From Barthelona sp. PCE (Eukaryota), in contig JAUFOR010000005.1 of the NCBI GenBank assembly GCA_040285745.1, positions 372,001 through 436,000 of the forward strand: DNA of 64,000 bases, read 5' to 3'. The position numbers and the translations under genes were made by a program. How positions within the stretch are numbered: the first letter of the stretch is position 1; each line of letters begins with the position of its first letter. Shown piece after piece: positions 44,301-54,321 of the stretch. The notes below the pieces were generated by a model that was not told the DNA's origin, did not search any database, and worked only from the letters and a program-made list of their open reading frames with translations.

Positions 44301-45195
44301 TTATCCTCTAGTATTGTTGATGTGCTTCTGGAAGTGGTCTTACAAGTTGTTGTACGTGTTCATCGCATATATTGTTGATACTGAGCTCCGAGGCATGGTT
44401 AGTGCTGCACAGGTGTGGTTGTTCCGCGCTTTGATTCTTTCAATATTTTTAATTGAAGTTTTGATCAAAAAGAAGCCAAAATGGTTAGTTGCTGTAATGT
44501 TCCCAGTTTTGAGCATTTGGGTACACCCATTCATCCTCCATTCAGGACAGCCATCGTTGTATATAGTTTTTCCTGTTGTTCTATGGGGATCGATGTTTGA
44601 TAAACCATCAAATTCAAACATCCTTACCATCAATTATTTCCTTCTACCATATGTTACCACTGGTCTTTTACTGTACGGCATCCCCATTCCGTTCAAATCA
44701 ATTTATGGCGAAAATTGGGGTCAAGGTTTTCATTCGTTGATGCGATATGAACAATTTCACCCTATTATGTTTGTAGTTTTTGTTTTTTATATTGCTTTTT
44801 ATATTTTTTGTTTTTGGTTTTCTGGGAAACAAAAGCAAAAGGATATGCAGTTTTATTCTCGAATGTTCTTCTTAATAGCTATGGTTGGACGATCAGTATT
44901 CACCTTCATTTCATTTATAAGTCATTATTTCCTTGCTAATCAACTTTATTTATTGGTACTGATGTTGTATATCAAGAATTTCAAACCTTTCCATCGTTTA
45001 AACAATCAAATGCTTCAATTTATGTATTTATTTTTCTATATAAGTATTGTTTCTTTGTTGTACAAAAAAATCACCTTTCTTGAATTTTTTGTGGTGTTTT
45101 CATCCAGTTTAGTGGTGGTGATTAAGTGTATGTTGTTCCGTAAATCGAAAAACAAAGTTGATGCAACTGAATTAGAGCAGCTGCTCATTTTATAG
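41332..45195 (+). CDS. Large surface protein: signal peptide, beta-helix-like ectodomain, Cys-rich linker, multi-pass TM C-terminus
   Basis: Signal MPFRLFAPFLLVLSLIACA, repeated NxTF/NSxF motifs, CMKGYY..CKTCSVGY and CTVGHYGVGCARC, then many hydrophobic helices. Confidence 0.7.
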   Translation: MPFRLFAPFLLVLSLIACAKGLDACYEHHLALSSGANVVSDLEDCVLTVVCKEGVKDIELLLENSRITLQIEQEEHSFISKFSIDHSNVTFVAVLNTPNLIVANSTLNKLILNSDVSANVELESSILNDVVTEGPTISLFSIRNCTIIERLYIHSSTEIFVKGLDNSANFPLRLGCDECNLRNLSSHFLTLVTASSTITDSVILKVSLFVTSGLSDNSRIVIQNSVIYDLDMKKKDVQVSNLQLIITSEIYYISLHDLSFTSVILFDTEISREKYIFYMFSTTIDGFQWSDTYFDVDIEMKYLDDVSSIKKMLFKNVTFDGVGTLFPKTKDSFKFENVTVLDMSVGSSLFSTPLFYIDNLVLKRSSWPYEAKATIIRNSIFEDLVIESVVYVRELTDVMFNNVVLKASTSMIGVESSFEARNCVFSNISSFERIFTVLSAGNVVIDVSHLTFNNITALSIFGIDSNSASSIRMSHITLNTVEAMYFVKEETNRCDYFYAREFNLFNTTFNTVFDLSSVERGVENKEIGIYSIASEKERFKLLVNIFSNWKVNLRLENLTLSLRDESHVLVTKTGYRSSLYIVNSSIVLGKMSTFVILGTVEIEHNCEITNVTIDAPHVEEGFPKAAIYGFDFNMRYINYEVTGRRTRANTKLGSFYSGVAPINSIFDSKFVLYIKHDYKQDLFYYTVSPFKLKRIPSDYIIEEAEGEEYKSMIGAINDDIEIPQSRAYLKACMKGYYFSEYECKTCSVGYHVNDDQTRCVVDEPQRIDFDRAHPDLFPPLYHVPPGYFVVDDTPRRYLIDCFSSFCEGGRVRAGLMGKTNRDISFEESIVYSLNGFDLSKKKSPGCTVGHYGVGCARCLDVADIFTYGCITFPVDSDMGDYRTATAFIFIVHCTLLVLLFRYKNIFLKIPWTKLLGDDNNINLLDVEVGNILIMIRDFLFIVWPILFSSSVDTDLRNVSDSSVYARLVFNPLLNINVLFGEDQRLFFVQAYPLVLLMCFWKWSYKLLYVFIAYIVDTELRGMVSAAQVWLFRALILSIFLIEVLIKKKPKWLVAVMFPVLSIWVHPFILHSGQPSLYIVFPVVLWGSMFDKPSNSNILTINYFLLPYVTTGLLLYGIPIPFKSIYGENWGQGFHSLMRYEQFHPIMFVVFVFYIAFYIFCFWFSGKQKQKDMQFYSRMFFLIAMVGRSVFTFISFISHYFLANQLYLLVLMLYIKNFKPFHRLNNQMLQFMYLFFYISIVSLLYKKITFLEFFVVFSSSLVVVIKCMLFRKSKNKVDATELEQLLIL

Positions 45196-45204
45196 ACTTC
45201 TTTA

Positions 45205-45954
45205 TCAAGTAAGAAGTTTTGGACCTTCAGCAGCAGGCAATGATGGTTGCAATCCGTCGAAATTAAGTGTAATGGTTGAGTTTTGGGGTTTATGCTCAGT
45301 AGATCTATTTTGAAATTGCACTCCACAACATCCACTGCATTTAGTAATCAAAATAGTTAATATCAGTAATATACCACAGTAAGCAAGTGTACGAACAGAT
45401 AAGCTGTCGACGAATCCTTCAACGATATCAGCAAATAGTTGAATTGTACTGAGGCTTGTGACAACATTATTCGGATTTTGATGCATACACTGTTCCCATT
45501 CAAGACATTTCTCAATCATGAAAGGAACAGGAGCAACGCAATTGTTCTCGTTGAAATTTATACGGCATGCTTCCATTTTCGTTGATAATTCTTCTTTAGC
45601 CATATTTTTACGTATGTTGATATCTTTTATAAACGTAAAGATAAGAAAACTCACAATAAATAGTATTATTATGACGGAAAACGTTTGTGCAAGCACTTGA
45701 AAGAAGGTAAGAAGATTTCCAAAGGTGAAAATATTCTTCCTATTTGTTCTTGAAGGTGAGCCTTTTTTCAGTGGCACAATGTCCCCCGGCTCACTACCTG
45801 TATCGCTCATTTGATCCAATGACTTGGCCCTTGGTCGTGTTGTGAGAATAGGTTTAGATTTTCTTGTGAGGAGAGGTTTCACATTCTTTTTCAGTCGTTC
45901 CACGTCTCTATCTGTGAATTCATCCTCAATATAGCGGTTGTACTTGAACATCAT
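45205..45954 (-). CDS. Brr6/Brl1-family nuclear envelope protein
   Basis: Two TM helices enclose the four-Cys luminal motif CRINFNENNC..PVPFMIEKCLEWEQCM, followed by LFADIVEGFVDSLSVRTL. Confidence 0.85.
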   Translation of the reverse strand: MMFKYNRYIEDEFTDRDVERLKKNVKPLLTRKSKPILTTRPRAKSLDQMSDTGSEPGDIVPLKKGSPSRTNRKNIFTFGNLLTFFQVLAQTFSVIIILFIVSFLIFTFIKDINIRKNMAKEELSTKMEACRINFNENNCVAPVPFMIEKCLEWEQCMHQNPNNVVTSLSTIQLFADIVEGFVDSLSVRTLAYCGILLILTILITKCSGCCGVQFQNRSTEHKPQNSTITLNFDGLQPSLPAAEGPKLLT

Positions 45955-46019
45955 GACGAGAAAGAGGTATAGTCTTTAACAGCTTGCATTACGGTTTTAA
46001 TCTCTTTCTGCAAGGGCGA

Positions 46020-47336
46020 ATGGCAAATTATGTCATTGGAAGCGTCTTCATCGTTCTGATATTTCTTTCAAGGGGTTTTGGATCCAAAAATGTTTTGGAT
46101 GTAAACGTAGGGCCACATACTGATGAAAACATTATGTTTCACTCGAACTCAGCTCTTCTTGAATTCTATTTTTACCAGGCGGAATATTTTTTGCGCCTTT
46201 CTGATACAAGTTCCTATTTTACAGATATTAACTTTCACACCGTGGATTATTTTGACAACAACCACACATCTCCTGTACGTAACAGCGCGAAGAACATCTT
46301 TGCAGGAACAAGGATATCTGTTTTGAAGAGCAAAATGCCAAACCAGGTTGTTTCGGATTCCACTCTTGCCAAATATATAAGTACATCAAAGAAAAGAATT
46401 TCAGGTGGAGTAGCAACGAACTTTGAGTCGAATTTGCTCGGGTTACCTGTTGTTGGTTACCCAGAATTGCTTTTACAAAGTTTTTTCCCGTCATTCGATT
46501 GCATGGATTTAAAAGAAGCTGGTTTAGATATAAAAGGGCTTGTAGCTGTAGTTTCTATGCGTAATTACGAGTTTAACGAACTTCTAGAACTGTTATATCG
46601 CCTGATTGTGAGTAATTTTGATATTTTTATATTTGACGTAAATACTAGTGAATTCACACAATTATCCCGTAAGATTCAAGAGAAACTTACCAATGAAGGT
46701 AAGACAACTGAAATGGTGCAGCAACTTCACTATTTAGATATAAGGAAGACAACACTGGAACTGTTATCAACAGTATACGCATGTAGTCAGGTTACCATAT
46801 CAAACAATGTACAATCTCTGCTCTTTGCAATGGCCCATCATAAACCAATTGTTGCCATAACGGATGACACTTACGACGTTGAGAACATGATAGGATTGGT
46901 GGACGCCCCATGGCTAATGATCAGGAAAGAGCTTGCTGAGGTCGAATCCATCATTGAAAAGATGCATAGCGTGCTTTCAAGCCTACCGCATATCAAACAA
47001 ATGTGTGAGAACCTGGTTCTGATGGTTTCTGACCTAAATCACTGTATGTATTTGCGTGCAGTGTATCTAGACAATGTGGAGGGGTATGGTAGATGCAAGA
47101 ATGTCTCTTTCGACAAGGAAATGCTAACTTCAGGATATAATATTGTGTTTCCGGATGTATACAACAGCAGAAACTTTATGCCCCTTTATTATTCATCGAG
47201 CACTGCACCCATGACCCTAGTTTATGTGCCCACACTTGTGGTGACAACGATTATTGTATTTATCTTTACTTTTTTGGTTGGCAGCGTGTATCGAAAATTC
47301 ACAGTTTTATTCAGGCGGAGAAAACGATCCATATGA
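46020..47336 (+). CDS. Membrane-anchored secretory protein, divergent polysaccharide pyruvyltransferase-like (GT-B fold)
   Basis: ATG 46020 gives a signal peptide. GYPELLL and ACSQVTISNNVQSLLFAMAHHKPIVAI resemble the DPALLL and 'ADLVIGMRLHALIFAAALGVPFIAI' patterns. C-terminal TM followed by RRRKR. Confidence 0.45.
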   Translation: MANYVIGSVFIVLIFLSRGFGSKNVLDVNVGPHTDENIMFHSNSALLEFYFYQAEYFLRLSDTSSYFTDINFHTVDYFDNNHTSPVRNSAKNIFAGTRISVLKSKMPNQVVSDSTLAKYISTSKKRISGGVATNFESNLLGLPVVGYPELLLQSFFPSFDCMDLKEAGLDIKGLVAVVSMRNYEFNELLELLYRLIVSNFDIFIFDVNTSEFTQLSRKIQEKLTNEGKTTEMVQQLHYLDIRKTTLELLSTVYACSQVTISNNVQSLLFAMAHHKPIVAITDDTYDVENMIGLVDAPWLMIRKELAEVESIIEKMHSVLSSLPHIKQMCENLVLMVSDLNHCMYLRAVYLDNVEGYGRCKNVSFDKEMLTSGYNIVFPDVYNSRNFMPLYYSSSTAPMTLVYVPTLVVTTIIVFIFTFLVGSVYRKFTVLFRRRKRSI

Positions 47337-50300
47337 TTGAGACGTGTTATTATCAAAGCTTGCAAATGGTGGTAGGGCAGGGGACTTGTTCAAGAAGTCT
47401 GGTGAATGACCAACAGATACGCTGTGAGAGTTCCCAAAGGGTATGTTGAGCAAACTTCCATCATCCTCGCTGCCCATTGTTCGAGAATCAATAGGAGTGT
47501 TGACCATGGATGGAAGCAAGCTGCTTTGTCTCATCAATTCATCAATGGCTGTTATGAGGTTTGCACTAAGATATGGTTTCCTTAGAATCTTTGCATTCGG
47601 AAGAGTGATCATGTAATCCGATTGAAGTAAATCTTGGCTATATCCCGAGCAAAACAGTACTGGAAGAGGCCTTATCTTGCGACAATGGTCGTATACCTCT
47701 CTACCGTTCATACCTGGCATGATAACATCCAGGATAATCAAATCCAGTTCCATGTGGCGATCCCTGTAGACATTGCAAGCTGTCGGGCCATCGCAGGCAG
47801 GTATGACGGTATGGCCAAGGCGCCGCAGAGATATCATAGTTTGCCTTCGAACAAGTTTATCATCTTCAACAAGCATTATTGTATACTCTTTCTTTTGAAT
47901 AGGTGTGGCTGGTAGATCTTCTGTGAGAGAAAACTCCAGAGCTGCATTTTCGAGGCTCTCAGTTACAATATCCTCGTATGGAGGTTCGCAAGAGACAACA
48001 GGAAGGAAGATGTGAAAAGCAGTACCCTCATCTTTCTTGCTCTCAATACCAAGCCCACCCTTATGGTGGGATATTACTGAGAAAACTGCAACCAGTCCGA
48101 GTCCTGTACCCTTACCAACCGGCTTAGTGGTAAAGAATGGCTCAAACACTTTTTTCAGGAGAGCCTCAGGGATTCCGCATCCTGTATCTCTGAACTCGAT
48201 ATGGAAATACGTGCCTTTCTTTGCGTTGAGAACCCATCGGAAGTAATCAAATGACCTGTTCATTGATACACCGGCTGGTCGTCCAACACAGTCTTCAGGT
48301 ATACTCACGTAGTCCATGCGAACAAAAAGCTCACCTTGGCCATGCATAGCGTCTCTAGCGTTGACTGCAATGTTTACGAAAAGCTGCTGGATCTGGCTGA
48401 GATCAACCATACATGTGGCAATATCTGCACCCCAGCAGCGATCTTCCACGGTCATGCTAATCGAAACGGTCTCTCCGACGGCTTTCTGCAGCATGCTGAA
48501 CATGTTTGTCATGAGCTCAGGGAGATTAACACATTCAGGCATCGAATCTTGACGTCGGGATAAAGTCATAAGTTGTGAGACTAAACGCTTGCTGCGCATA
48601 GCCGCCTCCGTCATAGACTGTAACATGGACTTGTGGAATTCATTACCCACTTCATTGATGAGCTGCTCTGAGTAGCCCAATATTACCTGAAGCGTGTTAC
48701 CAAAATCATGAGCGAGAGAACCAGCGAATTGACCGGCTGTTTCGATCTTCTGCGCCTGCTTGAGGTGGTCATGGAAACGCAAACGGTCGGTGATGTCCTG
48801 TGCTATGATGAGGTATTCTTTATCACTGAATTGAGAGTGTACATCGGAAACAGTGATCTCTAGTGTCAATGTCTTCCGGTCTTCGTCCTCTTCGCTGGGC
48901 TGCGCCGGCACGCTGTACCACACCGGCTCGCCACGGATACCTGCTGTCAGACTGTGCAGAAACCGCTGACGATCCGATGGAGCCAAATTATTAAGAAAAT
49001 CTCCCCCTAATGAATTGATCCATCGGGTGTTCTGCAGCAGGATGTGCCCCTCTTCGTTGCACACTGCTGTCGCGAAGGGAGCGAAGTGGAACAATTTATC
49101 GAACTTTGCTTGATATATCTCCTTATCAATGTTGAACATCCTACGGAACCCTGCAATGATGAGCGGCTTGTTATCGTCGTCCTTTTCCACAATGCGAGAC
49201 ACCTGGTGCACTGAAATAAGTTTTTTGGATCGTGTAAAAACTCTGAAAATCGATTCTAGTATTTCCGCTTCACCCCGAATCTGACCCTCGTAAAGGTCCT
49301 TGATCCTGCTCTTGTCCTCAGGGTGGATGTTGTGCTTCCACCAACAGTCATCGATCACATCCAGCTCATGGATATCGTACTCCATCATATCACAAAAAGG
49401 TTTCGATAAAGTTTGCATGTTTTTATCTAAATATTTAACGAAATATCCAAGAGATCCGGCGCTTGTTGCCATTTCCAGCTCTGCATGTCTTCTCTGAAGC
49501 TCCAACTCTACTTTTCGCAGTTCTGTGATGTCTTGAAGAACGCCCCATATTTGTCCTCCAGTAAACACTGGAGACGAATTAGTCGATGAAAACTCGTCTC
49601 TGCCATGCCGCACAGGCTCAAGATAACCTATGAAGAATCTTTCGTTAAATTTAAACTCAACTCCAACACTTGTCATAGACATCCTTGCGTTTTCAATAGC
49701 ACCAAAGAACTTGTCACGGTCAGCAACATCAATCATTGCAACAAAGTCATCCAGAGAGATATGGGGCTCTAACGTCGATGACGTGGCGCTTTCTGTTTCC
49801 GGTATCGTGGATAACATAGGTAATGCAATCCCACACATTGTCAAAAACTCATCATTTCCATTGATAAGATCGGAGTCGAGGTCTAGCACCCAGCATCCCA
49901 TCTTACCGAGGCGCAGGGCAGATCGCAGACGCTGTTCTGTCAACACAAATCTTCTTTTCTCGTAGATTGTTGATGTAACATCTTGGATTGTACCAAGGAC
50001 GATGCGTTTATCCGGGGAGGAGCATGACACAATCACTTTCACACTCAATTTAAGGAACTTTCCATCATTTGTTGTTAAATTGCAAACATACTTGTTTGTC
50101 TTTGGACTTCCAAAAAAAATTCTTTCAATCTCTTCACGTGATTGATCAATGAGTTCATGTGTGAACTCTGGATATGAGCATGACTTAAAACCGCGTTCCA
50201 TAGAGTTATTGGTGAACTCAACAAATTCAGTGTCATAGTTATATATAAACACGCCAACCTTTGCATCATGCGTTGGGTTACCCGTCGCTGCGAGGATATA

Positions 50301-51968
50301 CTGGTCCGTAACGTCCCGGACAACAATATGCAAATATAAATCTTTCAACAGTGTTATGCGACTCACTGTTAACTCTCCAATAAAGATGCTTTTATCCATG
50401 CGTCGATAAAGCCAGTACACACACATTGTAGTGTCGCTGCTCTTATCTAATTCACGAAGTATTTTCATTCGTGTTGGGTGTGTATCACTTCCTTGTAACT
50501 GGAATTCACAACACACGTCTAGATAATAATGTGACTTAAGCGACTTCCGAGCCCTGAACAGCCTCCGAGCCTCCTCATTCAAGGTCTCTATATAATGATT
50601 CCGTGTTAAAAAAATTGCAGATGTACTACTATCGAAAAGATCTTTGTAAAAATTTGCATTACGATGTAAAGAAGCCATACTTTGCGCGTGGCGATCAATG
50701 ATCTCAAGACATCCTCCTACAACAATATTATCCGTTACACGTTGTGCTATAAGTTTCATTTTTTTTCTCTTATCATTGCATATAAAAGTTACCTCTGTCT
50801 CCTCAACACTACTGCCGCCAATGAGCACATTCTGTTTGAAAACATCGAGCCTGTTTCGTTCATCAGAATCAATGTATTTCAATGAATCTAGCTCTTCGTA
50901 TGATCTACTACCGCTCATCTTATACCTGTCATGCTCTATGTCATATGTCCATATCATACCACCATTCAACCGCTTCATTAAAGATAGTTGCTTCTCGGTT
51001 CTCCGGAAATTTTGATAAAGTTGCGTTTTTGATAAATCCTGTATTATAAGACCATAGCAGTGCTGTGAGTTGTTTATCTGATCAATGTCGTTATATAAAT
51101 CTGATGTGTTGTTTCTATTTGGTTGTGTACCACCACTTACATTGATTTTTGGACTTGACTGCATAGAACTATGTGATGGGGACATTGGAGTTTCGCACGA
51201 ACTGGGTAGTACATAGTTTTGTGAAGGTAGAGTAACAATATGCATTATAACTAACAGGTTTTCTGTACTGGAATCATCTGGACTAGCATGAAAATAAGTT
51301 AAGAGATCGCATACGTTTTCCCCGTTCGCAATGATTTGGTCTATCGTGTAAGCAAATGATCCAGCAATTCTGCTACTTAGTAAAAACTTTCGAAACCTTA
51401 TTTGTTCAACTGTTAGCTTCTCAGTCATATCATAGTACTTTGAAAAAGATTTGGAACAGTAAACTATGTGATTATTACGGATTATTGCACTTGCCAGATG
51501 ACTCTGAGTTGGTAAGTTATCACTGATTAAAGATGATAAAGAACCTGATTTTTTATCCATAAAAGATGTGTTTTGCAAACGGAGGAGGTTGACACTGGTT
51601 GTTAAAGTAGAAGAAAAGCATATATCACTGGGAAAATCAGGTATTGCTATAAAATTCTCAAATCTTTGCTGTATGTATGTACCTAAGTTGCCGTACAGCG
51701 ACTCAGCAATGATAACCACACACGATTTGGCAGATTCTTCAGGAAATTTGAGAGTGTGCAAAAATGCAGCATCAAAAATAACAAAAACTGAGGGAATCTG
51801 CTCCTTAAGTAGCGTGGAAATGAATATCTGGATGAGTGTGGGTTCCGTAATAACTTTTACGACACCAGATGTAAAAAATCGTGCTTTTTCGCTTAACTCA
51901 AATACCGTAGGTAATGTTCCCGATGTATTTATGGAGCTGCATAAAAAAACTGTTGGTTGTAGCGTCAT
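47307..51968 (-). CDS. Multi-PAS hybrid sensor histidine kinase (HisKA-HATPase-REC)
   Basis: H box [19 protein letters not shown] box [15 protein letters not shown]1/F/G2 [26 protein letters not shown], receiver [23 protein letters not shown], several PAS/PAC ends (RDVT, QDVT, QDIT, IHPED). Confidence 0.93.
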   Translation of the reverse strand: MTLQPTVFLCSSINTSGTLPTVFELSEKARFFTSGVVKVITEPTLIQIFISTLLKEQIPSVFVIFDAAFLHTLKFPEESAKSCVVIIAESLYGNLGTYIQQRFENFIAIPDFPSDICFSSTLTTSVNLLRLQNTSFMDKKSGSLSSLISDNLPTQSHLASAIIRNNHIVYCSKSFSKYYDMTEKLTVEQIRFRKFLLSSRIAGSFAYTIDQIIANGENVCDLLTYFHASPDDSSTENLLVIMHIVTLPSQNYVLPSSCETPMSPSHSSMQSSPKINVSGGTQPNRNNTSDLYNDIDQINNSQHCYGLIIQDLSKTQLYQNFRRTEKQLSLMKRLNGGMIWTYDIEHDRYKMSGSRSYEELDSLKYIDSDERNRLDVFKQNVLIGGSSVEETEVTFICNDKRKKMKLIAQRVTDNIVVGGCLEIIDRHAQSMASLHRNANFYKDLFDSSTSAIFLTRNHYIETLNEEARRLFRARKSLKSHYYLDVCCEFQLQGSDTHPTRMKILRELDKSSDTTMCVYWLYRRMDKSIFIGELTVSRITLLKDLYLHIVVRDVTDQYILAATGNPTHDAKVGVFIYNYDTEFVEFTNNSMERGFKSCSYPEFTHELIDQSREEIERIFFGSPKTNKYVCNLTTNDGKFLKLSVKVIVSCSSPDKRIVLGTIQDVTSTIYEKRRFVLTEQRLRSALRLGKMGCWVLDLDSDLINGNDEFLTMCGIALPMLSTIPETESATSSTLEPHISLDDFVAMIDVADRDKFFGAIENARMSMTSVGVEFKFNERFFIGYLEPVRHGRDEFSSTNSSPVFTGGQIWGVLQDITELRKVELELQRRHAELEMATSAGSLGYFVKYLDKNMQTLSKPFCDMMEYDIHELDVIDDCWWKHNIHPEDKSRIKDLYEGQIRGEAEILESIFRVFTRSKKLISVHQVSRIVEKDDDNKPLIIAGFRRMFNIDKEIYQAKFDKLFHFAPFATAVCNEEGHILLQNTRWINSLGGDFLNNLAPSDRQRFLHSLTAGIRGEPVWYSVPAQPSEEDEDRKTLTLEITVSDVHSQFSDKEYLIIAQDITDRLRFHDHLKQAQKIETAGQFAGSLAHDFGNTLQVILGYSEQLINEVGNEFHKSMLQSMTEAAMRSKRLVSQLMTLSRRQDSMPECVNLPELMTNMFSMLQKAVGETVSISMTVEDRCWGADIATCMVDLSQIQQLFVNIAVNARDAMHGQGELFVRMDYVSIPEDCVGRPAGVSMNRSFDYFRWVLNAKKGTYFHIEFRDTGCGIPEALLKKVFEPFFTTKPVGKGTGLGLVAVFSVISHHKGGLGIESKKDEGTAFHIFLPVVSCEPPYEDIVTESLENAALEFSLTEDLPATPIQKKEYTIMLVEDDKLVRRQTMISLRRLGHTVIPACDGPTACNVYRDRHMELDLIILDVIMPGMNGREVYDHCRKIRPLPVLFCSGYSQDLLQSDYMITLPNAKILRKPYLSANLITAIDELMRQSSLLPSMVNTPIDSRTMGSEDDGSLLNIPFGNSHSVSVGHSPDFLNKSPALPPFASFDNNTSQSYGSFSPPE

Positions 51969-52164
51969 AAAGATTGTTTTCTATGCATTGAAATGGGATT
52001 AAAAGTGAATTATGTTTTCTTTCTAATATCAATGCTTTCATTTGTTTAATGTGTAATTAATTGTATTATGTCATTGGTATTTGGGATAAAAATATCTAAA
52101 TTAAGAGAAGAAGATGTAAAAAAATCAGAATAGATTCATCTCAACAACCTGTTAATTCTACTAT

Positions 52165-53700
52165 TTATTCAGTTAAGAAACGTGCACTCGTTCTCTTAAA
52201 TGACTCTGTTTGATCATCTGGTCTTAATAAGTTCAAGTTCAGCTTGGGTATTTTTGATGTGTGTACATTTCTATTTCTAGGAACGCTACGTGGCGTCGAT
52301 ATGACTTTTTCACGATGCTCATAGCTGGAGGCACATACGTACACCCCAGGAATAAGTTCCTCGTTGTACCCAATATTTGAATTGAACCTTGCATATGTCC
52401 CTTCGTTCTCTTTGTGTACTTTGTGGAGCGCCCTGAGCCTCTCGGCATATTTAAACCTTATTTCCCGAGAACTGGTTGGTCGTTCAGCTATATCCAAGTC
52501 CTGATCTCTTACCGGCTGCGTCTGACTGAATATTGTCTGTCTGGCAGTCATAGGTCGACCAGAATGTCGCTTCCTCCTTCTTTTCATAGTTTTCACAGCA
52601 TTTGTGTAAATACTTTCCGTTCTTCTCAACTTTTTCGTTTCTCTACTTGACATTGGCCTTCTTCTCTTTTTTCTCCTTCTCTTCCTTTGATGTACATAAG
52701 CGTCATGTATACGACTATCAATCATCTCTAACAAAGGCATATCACGTATATGTTGTGATACTATAGCTTTAGCATTATTAAGATGTTCTTTTGCCTGTTC
52801 CCGGTCACCAATGTGTTCAAACTGAGTAGCTATATTTAAATGGATCGCAGTAAGCGTTTTGTAAAATGCTTGTCTATTTCGGGTTGCCTGATCTTCTAAC
52901 TCCTTATTGATGCTCTGTTGCAATAAAATCGACCCTCTACGGCTGTTTGCCGGCGATATAAATGACTGATCAACCGTTAATGATGTTTGTAACTGAGGTA
53001 ATTCAAGAATCTCAAGCGCAGAGAACAAACACTCTAATGCATTCTCATGGTCCTTCAGAGCTCCTAAAATAGCACTCTTATTAAGATAATTCTCCGCATT
53101 TCTTCTCATCCCCACCGCATCTCTACTCATATTCTGTTCTTCCAATAAAATTGCTTGTTCGATCACCTTTAATGCCTTTTTATACTTCCCCTGATGGTAC
53201 AATAATGAGGATGTATTTGAAGAAAGAATAGATTTCCATCGATTTAATTCATTATCAATTAAAACTCTTCCATGTGCTTCAACAAGTTCATTTGCTAGTC
53301 GGAGAGCCTCCTTTGCCTCTGGAAACTGTTCGGAATCCATATAACTGGAACTAATATCATTTAATATCCATAATGAAGCGGTAAGTACATCAATTTCACA
53401 TATATCCGAATCAATTATGTTGTTAATCATGTTGCTTATGGCGTCAAAGTTCATTTGATACCGTAATTGCATCATTATATCACGAAAATTGGTATTGTCT
53501 GTGTAATCCATTTCTAGATCGCTCATATTAATGGCAGACAGGACAGATACGGTGGATTCACGTCTGCTATTGCGCCTTCCCGTGCTGTTTGAGATAGGTG
53601 AGCCTAAAATATCGATTTCATGGGCAACAGAGTCACTGAAGAGATTATCTTCATCACTGATATTCACGTCTCTCACCTCGCTTATATATTCAAGTGACAT
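52165..53700 (-). CDS. TPR-repeat protein with basic C-terminal region
   Basis: TPR-like units such as SNTSSLLYHQGKYKKALKVIEQAI, YLNKSAILGALKDHENALECLFSAL and HLNIATQFEHIGDREQAKEHLNNA. Basic RKRRRKKRRR stretch. Confidence 0.75.
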   Translation of the reverse strand: MSLEYISEVRDVNISDEDNLFSDSVAHEIDILGSPISNSTGRRNSRRESTVSVLSAINMSDLEMDYTDNTNFRDIMMQLRYQMNFDAISNMINNIIDSDICEIDVLTASLWILNDISSSYMDSEQFPEAKEALRLANELVEAHGRVLIDNELNRWKSILSSNTSSLLYHQGKYKKALKVIEQAILLEEQNMSRDAVGMRRNAENYLNKSAILGALKDHENALECLFSALEILELPQLQTSLTVDQSFISPANSRRGSILLQQSINKELEDQATRNRQAFYKTLTAIHLNIATQFEHIGDREQAKEHLNNAKAIVSQHIRDMPLLEMIDSRIHDAYVHQRKRRRKKRRRPMSSRETKKLRRTESIYTNAVKTMKRRRKRHSGRPMTARQTIFSQTQPVRDQDLDIAERPTSSREIRFKYAERLRALHKVHKENEGTYARFNSNIGYNEELIPGVYVCASSYEHREKVISTPRSVPRNRNVHTSKIPKLNLNLLRPDDQTESFKRTSARFLTE

Positions 53701-54011
53701 TGCATTATTGAGCCCTTTTGGATTGATTAATGTGTGAAAAGCGAAAACAGCAAATCTTTTTCCAATTCATAAGTTTTATTTGCTTTAACGTGCTACATAG
53801 GATCCATATCTCGGGTAAAAGCACAGATAATACTGTGCAACCTCTTTTGTGTAAACCTGCATGTCTTTTTTCTCATAAAGTTCTTTTTTTGTTGTTCAGT
53901 GCTTCGAAATATACGTACATACATATATTTAATCCAATAAAGATGATATAAACAATACTAACTTTTTGCTTTTTGAGTTTAGTTGTCTTTGATTGTATTT
54001 CACCTTACATA

Positions 54012-54308
54012 ATGTCGAAGTGTCTCCTGCTTCCACTACAAAACGTTACTAGATGTACACGTGGTGCTGTTCCTGAGAACCCCATTCTTTTACCCGGAAC
54101 AAGCGAGATAATTCAAGAAATGGCCACAGAATTTGTTCACTTCATCACCATTGAAGCCAATGAAACGGCAAAAACACATGGGCGAAAGACAATCACCGGA
54201 CACGATTGTATAGCGGCTTTACAACATTTCGGTTACAATTATTATGGTTTGCCAAAGCTTTTAGGACGTCACCAAAGCAAAAAAAGGTCTAAAAGAAAGA
54301 GAAAATAA
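54012..54308 (+). CDS. NF-YB/HAP3-like histone-fold protein
   Basis: LPLQNVTRCTRGAVP..EIIQEMATEFVHFITIEANE..RKTITGHDCIAALQHFGY matches the CBF-A/NF-YB fold. First ATG is at 54012. Confidence 0.85.
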   Translation: MSKCLLLPLQNVTRCTRGAVPENPILLPGTSEIIQEMATEFVHFITIEANETAKTHGRKTITGHDCIAALQHFGYNYYGLPKLLGRHQSKKRSKRKRK

Positions 54309-54321
54309 AATAATACTTTTC

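Noticed and set aside
47307-51968. Bacterial contamination explaining the histidine kinase
   Set aside because: The gene is contiguous with eukaryote-specific genes, overlaps its neighbour, and has eukaryote-like low-complexity inserts. No operon context is present.
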